Source: an uncultured delta proteobacterium (GTDB lineage Bacteria > Desulfobacterota > RBG-13-43-22). Taken from it: DNA of 64,000 nucleotides. The position numbers and the translations under genes were made by a program. The stretch lies in NCBI GenBank assembly GCA_963746605.1, contig CAVVCH010000051.1, positions 6,136-70,135 of the forward strand, in the 5' to 3' direction. Positions 19,557 to 30,463 of this stretch are shown here, one piece after another (the stretch's first letter is position 1; the number at the start of each line of letters is the position of its first letter). Below the pieces are notes generated by a model. That model was not told the DNA's origin. It searched no databases and saw only the letters and a list, made by a program, of their open reading frames with translations.

Positions 19557-19594
19557 AAGCTCAGAAGAGGGTTGAGCTTTTTTGGGGAGGGACT

Positions 19595-19999
19595 ATGGCA
19601 GGGGAGAGAAAATTGCGTGTCTTAGTCGGGAAACCGGGGTTGGACGGCCACGACCGCGGGTCCCGAATCATCGCCCGGACCTTCCGGGACGCCGGGTTTG
19701 AGGTGGTCTACACCGGGCTGCACCAGACCCCCGAGGAGATCGTCCTGGCGGCCATTCAGGAGGACGTGGATCTGATCGGCCTGTCCAGTCTGGCCGGGGC
19801 GCACCTGTACCTCTTTGAGCGGGTCGCCGAACTGCTCAAGGAAAAGGGGGCCGAAGATATCGCCCTGATCGGGGGAGGGATCTTCCCGGAAGAGGATGTC
19901 CCGAAATTGAAGGCCATCGGCTACAAGGAAATTTTTGTTCCCGGCGAGACCCTGGACCACATCGTGGACTGGGTCCGCGCCCATGTCAAACCCCGATGA
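19595..19999 (+). CDS. icmB: Acyl-CoA mutase small, cobalamin-binding subunit
   Basis: [10 protein letters not shown] (DxHxxG) and [10 protein letters not shown]. Confidence 0.85.
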   Translation: MAGERKLRVLVGKPGLDGHDRGSRIIARTFRDAGFEVVYTGLHQTPEEIVLAAIQEDVDLIGLSSLAGAHLYLFERVAELLKEKGAEDIALIGGGIFPEEDVPKLKAIGYKEIFVPGETLDHIVDWVRAHVKPR

Positions 20000-20967
20000 G
20001 CGGGGAGTGGACGGAAAAAATTTTAGCCGGGGACATGCGGACCGTGGCCCGGCTCATCCGGGATATCGATGACCATATGCCCCAGGCCCGGGAGATCCTG
20101 AAGGAACTCTATCCCCACACCGGGAAGGCCTATGTCATCGGCATCACCGGGTCTCCGGGGGTGGGCAAGAGTACCCTGGTGGACCGGATGATCCAGCATT
20201 TGCGGGGCCGGGGGAAAACCGTGGGCGTCCTGGCGGTGGATCCCACCAGTCCCTTCAGCGGCGGGGCCATCCTGGGAGACCGGATCCGCATGCAGCGGCA
20301 CAGCACCGACGAGGGCGTCTTCATCCGCAGCCTGGCCACCCGGGGCCACTTTGGAGGGCTGACGCCGTCCACCCGTGGGGCCATCGCGGTCCTGGATGCC
20401 ATGGGCAAGGATTACGTTCTGGTGGAAACGGTGGGGGTGGGGCAGGATGAAGTGGAGATCGTTCGGGCCGCCCATACCACCCTGATCGTCCTGATCCCCG
20501 GCATGGGCGACGATATTCAGGCCATCAAGGCCGGGATCCTGGAGGCCGGGGACGTCTTCGTGATCAACAAGGCAGATCGGGAAGGAGCCGATAAGACCCG
20601 TCAGGAATTGATGATGATGATCGAGATGGACAAGGATCGGAAATCGAAAGGCGGCTGGACTCCGACCATTTTTAAGACCGAGGCCGTGCGCAATGAGGGG
20701 GTGGCCGAGTTGATGGCCGGAATCGAGGAGCACCGCGACTTCCTCTTTAAAAAGGATCCGGCCACCCTGACGCAATTCGAGATGGATCGGGCCCGGATGG
20801 AACTGCTGGACCTGATTAAGCAGGACGTGATCCGGACGATTATGGACTATCTGGAAAAGACCGGCCAGTGGGAACAGTATCTTGAAGGCCTGGTACACAA
20901 GAAAACCGATCCGTACTCGATTTCCGAGATGATCGTGGATCGGTACCTCAATCAATGTAAGACCTAG
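19996..20967 (+). CDS. meaB: MeaB/ArgK GTPase chaperone of B12 mutases
   Basis: [46 protein letters not shown]; ATGA overlap with icmB. Confidence 0.95.
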   Translation: MSGEWTEKILAGDMRTVARLIRDIDDHMPQAREILKELYPHTGKAYVIGITGSPGVGKSTLVDRMIQHLRGRGKTVGVLAVDPTSPFSGGAILGDRIRMQRHSTDEGVFIRSLATRGHFGGLTPSTRGAIAVLDAMGKDYVLVETVGVGQDEVEIVRAAHTTLIVLIPGMGDDIQAIKAGILEAGDVFVINKADREGADKTRQELMMMIEMDKDRKSKGGWTPTIFKTEAVRNEGVAELMAGIEEHRDFLFKKDPATLTQFEMDRARMELLDLIKQDVIRTIMDYLEKTGQWEQYLEGLVHKKTDPYSISEMIVDRYLNQCKT

Positions 20968-20993
20968 CCAAAAATTTTTCAAATTTTTGGCTA
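20964..20993. repeat. CTAG-anchored palindromic element, copy 2
   Basis: CTAGCCAAAAATTTTTCAAATTTTTGGCTA; its TAG is the meaB stop codon. Confidence 0.85.
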
Positions 20994-21017
20994 AAGATAA
21001 ATTCTCAGATAAGAAGT

Positions 21018-22247
21018 CTAAAAATCCCCGCTACGCGAAGTTCCGATCAGCGCCTTGGCTTTTTTTATTTCCGAGAACAGCGAACTGTCGAGGATCAAGT
21101 CCTGTAATTTTCTCTTTGGAAACAGGGTTCGGTAGGAGAGATCCAAGGAGGCAACCGAAGAACCGTCCGGTCCTTTATCGGCCAAGAGCTTGGCAACCTG
21201 GTCCGACAGAAACAGGACCAGCAGGTATTTGAGGTCATCGCTGTCCAGTCCCAGCCGTTCCATCTCCAAGAAGCCGGGAGCATGATGCCATTCCACCGTT
21301 TGGATCATCAGATCCGAAAAGGCCCACTCCTCAAAAGCCAGCCTGCCCAGCAGGGCATGGTTGATCCCAAAGAAGGTCTCTTCTTCCCCGATCGATAATT
21401 CCGAAAAGGGGATCTCCTGAAAATTTCCTTCCCCCGGCCTCAACGGCATTCGTCTCAAAATAAATTTCCCCACATCATGGAGCAGTCCCAGGGTGAAGAC
21501 GGTCCCTTTATCCAAGCCGGGAAACAGGTTTTGAATGTGAGAGGCGCTGATGGAAGTCAAAAAGGAGTGCTCCCACAGCGATTCCACGAAAGGGTCCTGC
21601 GAGTCGGTTTTGAGGTTCAGGGTTTTCAGGAGGCCTTCCTGGTAGAGGAGATTCTTGATGTTGGTCAAACCAATAATCATCAAGGCCTGACCGATGGAAT
21701 TCACTTTTTGTTGCAGACCGAAATAGGCCGAATTGGCGATCTTAAGGATCTTGCCGGAGAGGATCGGGTCGGTAACAATAATTTTCGCCAGGTTGGACAT
21801 GCTGCTGTCCGGGTCGTCCAAGGCCCGACAAAGGTCGTAGGTTTTCCGAAAATCTTTTAGGTTTCTGATCTGGTCCAGGGCCAGGCGCTGGACCTCGGGA
21901 GCCAGGTCATTCATCCGGAGGACTTTTGGGCCCGGAGATTTCAAGGAGGGTTTTATCGAGAAGATCAAGGTCATCCCCTCGCGCAGGGTCTTCCTTAGAC
22001 TTTCAGCCTGGTCCGGGACTGCCGGATCCTGATTCAGCTCTCCGGAGGCGCTGGGGAGTCGGTCCGGGACAGGGAGGGAAGGTCCTTGGCCCCGCTCTGC
22101 CCAAAGCCCATCGGCGGGGTGTTTTCCAGAAACGGCCGCTCTTCCCTTTTTGAAAGCATCGGAATTCGGCTTGTTTCTCCCCCGGAAAAAAAAGAGAATG
22201 AGCAGTACGCCGGTGATTAGCAGAAGGCCGATCATCAAAGGCCACAT
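21018..22247 (-). CDS. HDOD-domain signalling protein with N-terminal membrane anchor
   Basis: DPILSGKILKIANSAYFG, LWEHS, GLLHDVGK, NHALLG and VEWHH HDOD motifs; N-terminal TM helix. Confidence 0.85.
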   Translation of the reverse strand: MWPLMIGLLLITGVLLILFFFRGRNKPNSDAFKKGRAAVSGKHPADGLWAERGQGPSLPVPDRLPSASGELNQDPAVPDQAESLRKTLREGMTLIFSIKPSLKSPGPKVLRMNDLAPEVQRLALDQIRNLKDFRKTYDLCRALDDPDSSMSNLAKIIVTDPILSGKILKIANSAYFGLQQKVNSIGQALMIIGLTNIKNLLYQEGLLKTLNLKTDSQDPFVESLWEHSFLTSISASHIQNLFPGLDKGTVFTLGLLHDVGKFILRRMPLRPGEGNFQEIPFSELSIGEEETFFGINHALLGRLAFEEWAFSDLMIQTVEWHHAPGFLEMERLGLDSDDLKYLLVLFLSDQVAKLLADKGPDGSSVASLDLSYRTLFPKRKLQDLILDSSLFSEIKKAKALIGTSRSGDF

Positions 22248-22298
22248 GGAAGATTCCTTTATTAGGCAGAGATGCCGTCAGGATGCTGGAGCCCCGGG

Positions 22299-23108
22299 TT
22301 ACTCCGGGAGGGGCCAATAGCGGCCGTTCTTTTTAAGCAACCGCAGGGAGACGCCGTAGAGTTGCTTCAGGGTTGAAGTGCGAAGCACTTCCTCTGTGTC
22401 TCCACTGCGGATGATTCGGCCGTCTTTCAGGAGCAAGGTTTTCCGGAATAGAGGCAAAATCTCTTCCACGTGATGGGTGACATAAACCAGGCTGGGGATT
22501 TTTCCATTGTCGCCGATTGCGGAGAGGGAGGACAAGAAAAGTTCCCGGGCCCCCGGATCCATTCCGGCGCAGGGCTCATCCAGGATAATGAGGTAGGGGT
22601 CGGCCATCCTCGCCCGACAGACCAACACCTTCTGTTGTTCCCCTTGCGATAAGGAGCCGAAGAGGTGGGAGCTCAAGGCTTCGCAGCCCAACTCCTTCAA
22701 ACAAACCCGCGCTTCTTCATAAACACGCTCAGGGATAGGTTCCCAGGGATATTCGAGCAGACCGATCTGGGCATATTTCCCTGAGACCACCGTATCCAGG
22801 ACCGGTTCCCGATCGGGGATCTCGTCGGCCAGGGTGGAGGTCACCCAGCCGATGCTTCGCCGCAGTTGACCCAGGTCAGTCAATGAGTCCCCTTTTCGAT
22901 AGACCTCCCCTCCGGCATTGGGCCAGAGGTAGCCGCAGACTATTTTAAGCAGCGTCGTTTTACCGGCCCCGTTGGGACCGAGAATGGCCCAGTGCTCTCC
23001 GGGTTCGACCCGCCAGGTTATGGTATCCAGTATCCGAGTTCCGTTCAGTGCGTAGGTGACTTCCCGAAGATCCAGATAGGGGAAACGATCGGTCTTGTTC
23101 ATTCCCAT
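22299..23108 (-). CDS. Stand-alone ABC ATP-binding protein (ModF/YlmA-like)
   Basis: GPNGAGKTT, LSQGEQQKV, ILDEPCAGMDPGARE, VTHHVEE; no permease adjacent; start codon uncertain. Confidence 0.8.
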   Translation of the reverse strand: MGMNKTDRFPYLDLREVTYALNGTRILDTITWRVEPGEHWAILGPNGAGKTTLLKIVCGYLWPNAGGEVYRKGDSLTDLGQLRRSIGWVTSTLADEIPDREPVLDTVVSGKYAQIGLLEYPWEPIPERVYEEARVCLKELGCEALSSHLFGSLSQGEQQKVLVCRARMADPYLIILDEPCAGMDPGARELFLSSLSAIGDNGKIPSLVYVTHHVEEILPLFRKTLLLKDGRIIRSGDTEEVLRTSTLKQLYGVSLRLLKKNGRYWPLPE

Positions 23109-23597
23109 CTTTCTATTGGCCTCGTCAAGAAACAAAATGGTGAGCGTCGCTGCAAATGAGATGGCGTTCCTAGTGATCAGGATTTGGTCCTGACGTCCCG
23201 GAGCGAAGTCTTTAACCCGGGTATTTGAACCCGCCGTCAATGCTCACCGGCATCAATTTTATCAAAAAGGAAGCTGAAGGCAAAGGTCTATTTGCAGGAG
23301 TCATAAATCATGGGCAAGGCAATCCAGAGCCTCCCACCCCCACCCGAAAGCCTTTGAACTTCAGATAGACGCAACGGATTCCCACCTTCCTTCCCAGGAG
23401 ATGCGCTTGAACAGGGTTTCCGGGCTCCAGAAGATGACTCGATATCCCTCCTCGCGTTTTTCACTCTGCTTTTCTTCTTGAAACTATTTTCTTCATACCC
23501 TAAACTCTTTCGGGGAAAAGCCGTGTCTTATCAAATTCTTTCCGCATCTTCGCATTCATGGGAGCGGCTACCGACTCCATTGAAGAAAGGATCCTAG

Positions 23598-24248
23598 ATG
23601 TCGATCATCACTATTTCGAGAGGCTCCTATTACCGTGGCCGAGAAGTGGCTGAAAAATTGGCTGAAAAATTGGGATACGAATGCCTTTCCCGGGACATTC
23701 TTCTGGAGGCTTCAGAAGAATTCAATATCCCGGAGATTAAGCTGATCCGAGCCATCAAGGACGCCCCCTCCATCCTTAACCGGCTCACTCGCCAAAAAGA
23801 AAGGTATGTGGCCTATATCCGCTCCGCCCTGTTGAAGCACGTGCAAAAGGATAACGTGGTCTACCATGGACTATTCGGGCATTTTTTTCTGCAAGATATA
23901 CCCCATGTCCTGAAGGTGCGCGTGGTGGCCGCCCTGGAGGACCGGGTGGCGGACGAAGTGAAGCGAGAAGGGATCTCCGAAGCCAAGGCCAGGGAAATCA
24001 TCATGAAGGATGATGAGGAGAGGCGCAAATGGGCTCTCCATTTATATGGTGCCGATTGGTGGGATGCCACCCTCTATGACCTGGTCATTCACCTCAAAAC
24101 CATCACGGTGGATGACGCGGTCAGTCTCCTTTGTCATGTGGTGCAGCTACCGGGGTTCCAAACCACGCCCGAATCCCAGGGGGTCATCAATAACCTGGTG
24201 GAGGCGACAAAAATGGAGATGGCTCCGGTGTGGTGGGAGGGTGCTTAG
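23598..24248 (+). CDS. Cytidylate kinase-like family protein
   Basis: IITISRGSYYRGREVAEKLAEKLGY, VRVVAALEDRV, DEERRKW and YDLVI motifs. Confidence 0.8.
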   Translation: MSIITISRGSYYRGREVAEKLAEKLGYECLSRDILLEASEEFNIPEIKLIRAIKDAPSILNRLTRQKERYVAYIRSALLKHVQKDNVVYHGLFGHFFLQDIPHVLKVRVVAALEDRVADEVKREGISEAKAREIIMKDDEERRKWALHLYGADWWDATLYDLVIHLKTITVDDAVSLLCHVVQLPGFQTTPESQGVINNLVEATKMEMAPVWWEGA

Positions 24249-24302
24249 CGCTCGATCATAGGAAAATGACCGGATAAGATTAAAGAAAGCCTTTTTCGTC
24301 GG

Positions 24303-26171
24303 ATGGACCAGCATAAGCTTAAAGAAAAGACGCATATTCTGGTTATTGGCGCTCTGGGAGTCGTCTTTGGCGATATCGGCACCAGTCCGCTGTATGTGCT
24401 TAAGGTCTGTTTCACCGGCCAACACGCGCTTATTCCATCACCGCAAAATATTCTGGGTTTGATCTCTCTGATTTTTTGGTCGTTGGTCCTGGTGGTGAGC
24501 GTTAAATATGCCGTATTCATTATGCGTGCCGATGATGAAGGGCAAGGCGGCGTCTTCGCCATGTTGGCCTTGCTGCACAAGAACCTGGGTCCCAATTTGG
24601 GGAGGGGATTGGTCCTCGGCGGGCTCTTCGGTTCGGCCCTTCTTTACGGCGATGGACTGATCACTCCGGTCATCTCGGTACTGTCGGCCCTGGAAGGTCT
24701 GGAAGTGGCCACCACCCAAGCCAAGCCTTTCGTACTGCCTTTGACTTGCCTTGTCCTGTTGCTCCTGTTCGGAGTTCAAAGTCGCGGAACCGGGAGCATT
24801 GGCAGACTTTTCGGTCCGGTAATGATCCTTTGGTTTATCGTCCTCGCCGGGCTGGGCCTCAGGGCCATTGGGAACAATCCCGAAATTTTGGGGGCAGCCG
24901 ACCCCAGGTATGCCGTACAATTCTTCCTCCAGAATGGATGGATTGGTTTTTTTCTTTTGGGCGGGGTGGTTCTTTGCATTACCGGATGCGAGGCCCTTTA
25001 CGTCGATATGGGACACTTCGGGGTAAAGTCCATCCGTATCTCCTGGTACTTTATCGCCCTGCCGGCGCTCCTCTGCAACTACTTCGGCCAAGGCGCTTTG
25101 ATTTTGCAGGATCCCAAGACTGCCACCGACTCCTTTTACCATCTTGTTCCCCATAGGATGCTTTATCCCATGGTCGCCCTTTCCACCGTGGCAACCATCA
25201 TCGCCTCTCAGGCTATTATTTCGGGAGTCTTTTCACTGACCAGGCAGGCGATGCAGTTGGGTTTCCTCCCGGGGATGCGGGTGCGTCATACTTCAAGAAT
25301 GGCTGAAGGTCAGGTGTATGCCCCGGACGTGAACCTGATGATGCTGGTGGCCGCCATCTTACTCACCCTTTACTTCAAGACCTCCGAAAATCTTGCCGCT
25401 GCTTATGGCATCGCGGTTACCGGGGACATGATTATTACCTCGATAGTTTTCTTTTTTATCACCAGGCGGATTTGGGGCTGGAGCTTAACCAAGGGCCTGC
25501 CTCTTTGCCTTTTGTTTTGGACTTTAGATCTGACCTTCTTCAGCGCCTGTCTTGGAAAACTAACCTCCGGGGGTTGGTTCCCCTTAGGCATTGCGTTGGC
25601 TATCATGTTCGTTATGGTCTCTTGGTGGGACGGCTGGAAGACTCTGGCCTTAAGGGTAGTAACCTTGACCATCCCTAAAGACCAGTTTATCGAAAAAGTG
25701 GCGGCCGAAAAACCTATTCGGTTGCCCGGGACTGGCGTATTTCTTTCCACCTTTCATAAGGAAGTCCCGCCCATGCTTCTCCGCTATCTTACCCAAACCA
25801 GCGCTTTGCCTGAACACCTCGTAATATTATCCGTATTGACTTCTGATGTCCCTGAGGTTGATGAAGACAGACGGGTGGAAATCCATGTCCTGGGGCACGG
25901 GGTTTACCGGGTTACCGTCCATAACGGCTTTATGGAGACTCCGGATGTCCCGGCCATATTACAAGCGCAGAGACGCAAAATGAATATCGATCTTGACAAT
26001 GTGACTTATTACATAGGTCGCATAACCCTCGTTCCGGCCCGCAATAAAAAAATCAATAAATTCCAAAGGTTTCTTTTCGCCTTTATGCTTCGTAACGCAG
26101 TCAGCCGATCCACTTATTTAAACATTCCCCCGGCCAAGGTTCTGGAAATAGGAATACAAATGGAATTTTAA
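24303..26171 (+). CDS. kup: KUP/HAK/KT potassium transporter
   Basis: GVVFGDIGTSPLY, ADDEGQGG, YGDGLITPVISVLSALEG and EALYVDMGHFG; about 12 TM. Confidence 0.95.
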   Translation: MDQHKLKEKTHILVIGALGVVFGDIGTSPLYVLKVCFTGQHALIPSPQNILGLISLIFWSLVLVVSVKYAVFIMRADDEGQGGVFAMLALLHKNLGPNLGRGLVLGGLFGSALLYGDGLITPVISVLSALEGLEVATTQAKPFVLPLTCLVLLLLFGVQSRGTGSIGRLFGPVMILWFIVLAGLGLRAIGNNPEILGAADPRYAVQFFLQNGWIGFFLLGGVVLCITGCEALYVDMGHFGVKSIRISWYFIALPALLCNYFGQGALILQDPKTATDSFYHLVPHRMLYPMVALSTVATIIASQAIISGVFSLTRQAMQLGFLPGMRVRHTSRMAEGQVYAPDVNLMMLVAAILLTLYFKTSENLAAAYGIAVTGDMIITSIVFFFITRRIWGWSLTKGLPLCLLFWTLDLTFFSACLGKLTSGGWFPLGIALAIMFVMVSWWDGWKTLALRVVTLTIPKDQFIEKVAAEKPIRLPGTGVFLSTFHKEVPPMLLRYLTQTSALPEHLVILSVLTSDVPEVDEDRRVEIHVLGHGVYRVTVHNGFMETPDVPAILQAQRRKMNIDLDNVTYYIGRITLVPARNKKINKFQRFLFAFMLRNAVSRSTYLNIPPAKVLEIGIQMEF

Positions 26172-26195
26172 ATCCAAAGGGGTCGTGGGCCATTG

Positions 26196-27252
26196 CTAAT
26201 CCAAAAGGAGTTTCTTAATTATTTGGGCGGCAATGGGGTAGGTTCGGTCCAGCCCGGCCTTCCGGGGATTGAATTCGGTCAGGTCCAGCCCGGCCAGCTT
26301 CACTCCTCTATCCAATATCTCCCTCAGGTATCCAATCAGTCGAAAAAGCTGCGGCTCGTTGAGACCCTGCCGGTCCAGAAAGCGGACGCCCTCGAGGGCA
26401 TTGCGGGCCCCGATATCCATATCCACCGAAATATAGAGGTAGGGCGTCTTTACCCCCTCCAGGATTCGGCGTACTCGAGCGGGCGAACTCACCAGTTCGT
26501 CTTTGGTAACCAGGGTTACCCCGGCATTTTTCAGTTCCCGATAAAAATGAACGTAATTCCTAATTCGCTCATCTTTCAGGCGAAAGGCCTGTTTGGGAGG
26601 ATAGTCGCTGATCCCCAGGAGGTAAAGGTTTCGGGGAAGGACCACCCCTTCGACCAGGAGGTTATAAAGAAAGGAGCTGGAGTTATAGGATTCGGGCCGA
26701 TTGTATAAAAGAGGGTCTTCGGGATCATGAAGCGAATCAGGGTTATTTGCCGCATCATACTGGATGGCGGGGGCCAGGATACTCATGGGCACGGCATCGG
26801 TATGGGAATCCAGGATGACGAGGGCCGTTTCCTCCGGGGCGTATTTTTCCGCCACCCGACGATAGACTCCCCCAGTCAAACAATGATCCACGGCGATGAG
26901 GCAGGGAATATTAGGGAAGACCTCTTCCTTGACAAACCGGCCTGCCTCCTCGGCCGCCTCCCAACACCCGTTTCGGTCGATAAAGGCGATGATCCCGGAG
27001 GAGGTCAATTGCGGTTGGCTGGAAGCCGGCGGAAGCGGGTGTAGCCAGTCCGGAATAGGGATCAGTCCCTTGGACTCCCAGCGGGCGGGGTCCAGTTCGC
27101 GGGTGACCAGGGAAAGAACGGATTGATAAGGGTCGGTAAAGATCTTCCTCCCTGTCTATCGAAACGAGTTTCTCCTGCAGGGCATCGTAACGTTCGTCGC
27201 TGTCCAAGAGACAGCCGAAAAAGATCACTTTTTTAGTGATGTCCGGCGTCAT
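26196..27252 (-). pseudogene. Arginase / ureohydrolase family protein, frameshifted as given (near 27130)
   Basis: AVDHCLTGG, VILDSHTD (DxHxD) and ISVDMDIG (DxD) metal ligands, GLDLTEFNP; N-terminus MTPDITKKVIFFGCLLD in another frame. Confidence 0.7.
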
Positions 27253-27416
27253 GATTGGGTAAAGGGGAAAATGGACCACATAATGTTTTGGGGACCTAAC
27301 CGCCGTAATCGAGGTGGTCGTTCGCGAAGCAAGAAATTTTAGGGGAGGGGAGGATTCAGCCTCCTCACTGGGAGACTAAGGTCGCCCCTCCCCTCAATAA
27401 TGAAAGTCATTGATTC

Positions 27417-28050
27417 CTATTTTACGGTAATCAAATCCTTAATCTTGCTGAATTTGCCTTCTTTGATCCCTTTCACCTTCATCACATCCTCGATTTTGGT
27501 ATAAGGCCGTCCATCGATGATCGCCTGAGCCAGGACCGGTCCTATTTCCGGCAAGGCTTCCAGCGTGGCCTTGTCGGCCGAGTTGAGGTTCACCTTTTGA
27601 CCAGGCGCCAGTTTAGGGTGCCGCCGGGGTTTTTTCCTTTCCTGCGGGTTCCTTGGAGGCTTTCTCCTTGGACGGCCGGTTTTCTTTGACGGCCGGGGTT
27701 TCTTTAGCCGAGGCAGCGGGGGCGGCGACCTTAGTGGGAGCCGGGGAGGCCGTTGCCGGGCCGGCTGTCACCAGGGGCTTCAGGGCTTCAACGGCCTTAT
27801 CGTTTAAACCGGCTTTTTTTAACTCATCCGTTGATTTGTAAGGGCGCCCGGCCACAATCTTCTTGGCTGTAGCCGGGCCCACGCCCGGAAGCGCTTCGAG
27901 GTCTTTTTCAGAGGCGCTGTTCAGATCAACGAGGGGTTTCTTCGCCTGTCCCAGAGCGGGGTTGGAGTTCAAAACCAAGCCGGTCGCCAGGATCAGGGTG
28001 ATTAAGAAAAACCAATTGAAACGCCAAAAAAACAGACCATCTCTTTTCAT
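27417..28050 (-). CDS. Secreted ComEA-like protein with two helix-hairpin-helix DNA-binding repeats (extra C near 27615)
   Basis: VDLNSASEKDLEALPGVGPATAKKIVAGRPY; after an Ala/Pro/Lys linker and one shift, VNLNSADKATLEALPEIGPVLAQAIIDGRPY..VKGIKEGKFSKIKDLITVK-stop. Confidence 0.8.
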
Positions 28051-28136
28051 AATGTTCCTCCTTTGAATTTTTGGTTTAAAGCGGAGATCTGAATTTCGAA
28101 ATAAAAATAAGTGAGCAACCAGGAACAGATGGTGCT

Positions 28137-28544
28137 CTAAGCCAGGCCGGACTTCAACATACTCAAAGCTTTTTCCAGCATGCCGGATTCGGGAACGGAG
28201 CCGTCCGGCGTGAGCTTGTCGATTATTTGGGGCAAAAGGCCGGCCAGCCTTCCTGATACCTCTTCGCTCGAGGTTCCCAATTTTTCGGCCATCTGTTGGA
28301 TCGGACCGCTGCCCAGGACCTCCTGAATCTGTTGGCCGGAGATGGGGAGGTTATCCCCGGTGCCAACCCAGGAAGACACGATGTCGCCCAATCCTTTCCT
28401 GTTAAAGCTTTGAATCAATCCGGAAAGTCCCCCGCCCTGGGAGCCGGACAGGAGATTGCCGACCATTCCCAGCAGGGGATTCGAGCCTTCCCCGCCCAAC
28501 AATTTGCCGGCTACACCTTCCAATAGTCCATCCAGTAATCCCAT
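28137..28544 (-). CDS. YidB / DUF937 family protein
   Basis: GGLSGLIQSF..GLGDIVSSWVGTGDNLPIS..LAGLLPQIIDKLTPDGSVP. Confidence 0.9.
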   Translation of the reverse strand: MGLLDGLLEGVAGKLLGGEGSNPLLGMVGNLLSGSQGGGLSGLIQSFNRKGLGDIVSSWVGTGDNLPISGQQIQEVLGSGPIQQMAEKLGTSSEEVSGRLAGLLPQIIDKLTPDGSVPESGMLEKALSMLKSGLA

Positions 28545-28679
28545 AGTCACCTCCAATTCAAGATAGTAACCGAAATATCTTATTTTATCCTATTTAAAAC
28601 CTTGCAGACAACCCCTTTAATTTGAATGATTCCCGACGCATTCCACCGGGGGATCCCGGCAGCTTCTTTCCTTCTTGGC

Positions 28680-29673
28680 TCACGGTACATCCCCTTCATT
28701 CTCAGTTTTATCCAAGGAGCACCGACTAAAGGGCCAGAGGGACTTCAATCCCTGTTTGGTCTTCCCGGCCAGAACGTTGCCCGCGGAGACGATTTTCTTT
28801 CCGGTGGCTTTGGTCAACGCCAGACCGATTTTCTGAGCGCCCTCCATGACGATGGCGCCCAACAATTTGGCCGCCTGGGCCGCGGCCTGCCGCCGCGCTT
28901 TCTTTTTCTCTATTCGCACCAAGGGCGCACAGTACCAGGAAGTGATAATCCCCACCCTCAGGGTCAGGAAGGCGTTGGCCGTCCCATCCAGCGTGGCCGC
29001 CACGAAGGGCGTGACCATGGCGCCCACGATGGGAACGGCGGTGATGCCGCTCATGGCCGATTCGACCAGGGGCTCGACCTGCTCGGTGAGATCGATTTCC
29101 TCCAGGGCGTAGGACATAAATGCAGTAGCGGCCACATTGGAGTAGAGATAAAGAAGGTCTCGGAGGGTAGGACGCTGGTAATACAGGCCGGCAATGCGGC
29201 GGACCATGGTGATTTGGGCGGCCAGCACGATCAACATGTCCAGGACGCCGTTTTGAGATAGAGCGGTCCCCAGGAAGACCCGCTTGGCCCAATCCACGGA
29301 AATCTGCTGCGCCTCGGTATGCAGTTTGGCAATGGCGACTTCCAGGTCGGAAACAGTACTGAGGCGAGGATTCCAGCAGGACCGGATTGCCGGTCAGGCG
29401 TTTGCGGATCCGTTCGAGGTGCCGTTCATAAAGGGGGCCGAATTCCTCCTGGGGAGGGGTAATCGGCTTGGGCAGTCGCAGGAAGGAGACCGCCGGGATC
29501 AGAACCAGCGCCAGGCCTAGGCCCAGGGCCAGAAAGGCGGCGATTCGACCCAGCGTTTCGTTCACACCGTAAAGCAGTCGGACCAATTCTGCCAATTGCA
29601 CCGTCAGGAAGATTAGAAAGGCGCCTATAATAACCAAGGCGAAGGCGACCAACCAAGCTTTGCTTTTTCCCAT
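28680..29673 (-). pseudogene. DUF697 / YcjF-family membrane protein, frameshifted as given (near 29300-29350)
   Basis: Two N-terminal TM helices (ORF 28726..29778), then VFLGTALSQNGVLD..RIAGLYYQRP..DGTANAFLTLRVG (ORF 28680..29297). Confidence 0.7.
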
Positions 29674-29791
29674 GGAGGCACCTCGGGAATTTTGAACTCC
29701 GAAATCTGAAATGGTTTTGGATTGGGTCCATAGTAGGGGTTCTGGAGGGCGAGGGCAATAAGAAATTCCGGTTTCCAATCTTGAATTTTAC

Positions 29792-29820
29792 TTGACGGCC
29801 TGGAATCTCATCCTTACTAT
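29792..29820 (+). promoter_or_regulatory. Candidate sigma-70 promoter of the cyclophilin gene
   Basis: TTGACG-N17-TACTAT, about 35 bp upstream of the ATG. Confidence 0.5.
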
Positions 29821-29854
29821 AGCCATACTAAAATCTGCCTTAAGGAGTAAAATA

Positions 29855-30448
29855 ATGAAACGCCTATTGAAAAGACTTCTTTGTATCCCCTTATGCCTGA
29901 TTCCGGTCCTGGTTTTGGCTGAAACCCGATTTAAAAATTATTCCAAGGAGGAAATTAAAAAAATGACGGATACCACGGCGGTTATTGATACCAAGTTTGG
30001 AAAAATCGAGCTCAAGTTTTTCCCGGAAGTCGCTCCCAACCACGTGAACAATTTCATCACGTTAGCCAAAAAGGGTTTTTATGACGGGACCACCTTCCAT
30101 CGGGTGATTCCGGGGTTCATGATCCAGGGAGGCGATCCCAACTCCAAAGATCCCGATCGCAAGAAACACGGGATGGGCGGGCCGGGATATTCCGTTAAAG
30201 CCGAATTCAATAGTACGCCTCACAAACGAGGCATACTTTCCATGGCCCGGTCAGCCGATCCCGACAGCGCGGGCTCCCAGTTTTTTATCTGCGTGGCCGA
30301 CGCCCCTTTTCTCGACCGGCAATACACGGCCTTCGGCCAAGTGACCTCCGGAATGGAAGTGGCCGACAAGATCGTCAGCCAACCCCGGGACAAACAGGAT
30401 AATCCCCTGGAGCGGGTGGAAGTGAAAGTCACGGTTGTCGAGAAATAA
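29855..30448 (+). CDS. Cyclophilin-type peptidyl-prolyl cis-trans isomerase (exported)
   Basis: FYDGTTFHRVIPGFMIQGGDP, RGILSMAR, SAGSQFFI, YTAFGQV; signal peptide. Confidence 0.95.
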   Translation: MKRLLKRLLCIPLCLIPVLVLAETRFKNYSKEEIKKMTDTTAVIDTKFGKIELKFFPEVAPNHVNNFITLAKKGFYDGTTFHRVIPGFMIQGGDPNSKDPDRKKHGMGGPGYSVKAEFNSTPHKRGILSMARSADPDSAGSQFFICVADAPFLDRQYTAFGQVTSGMEVADKIVSQPRDKQDNPLERVEVKVTVVEK

Positions 30449-30463
30449 GCGGACGATCTCCGG

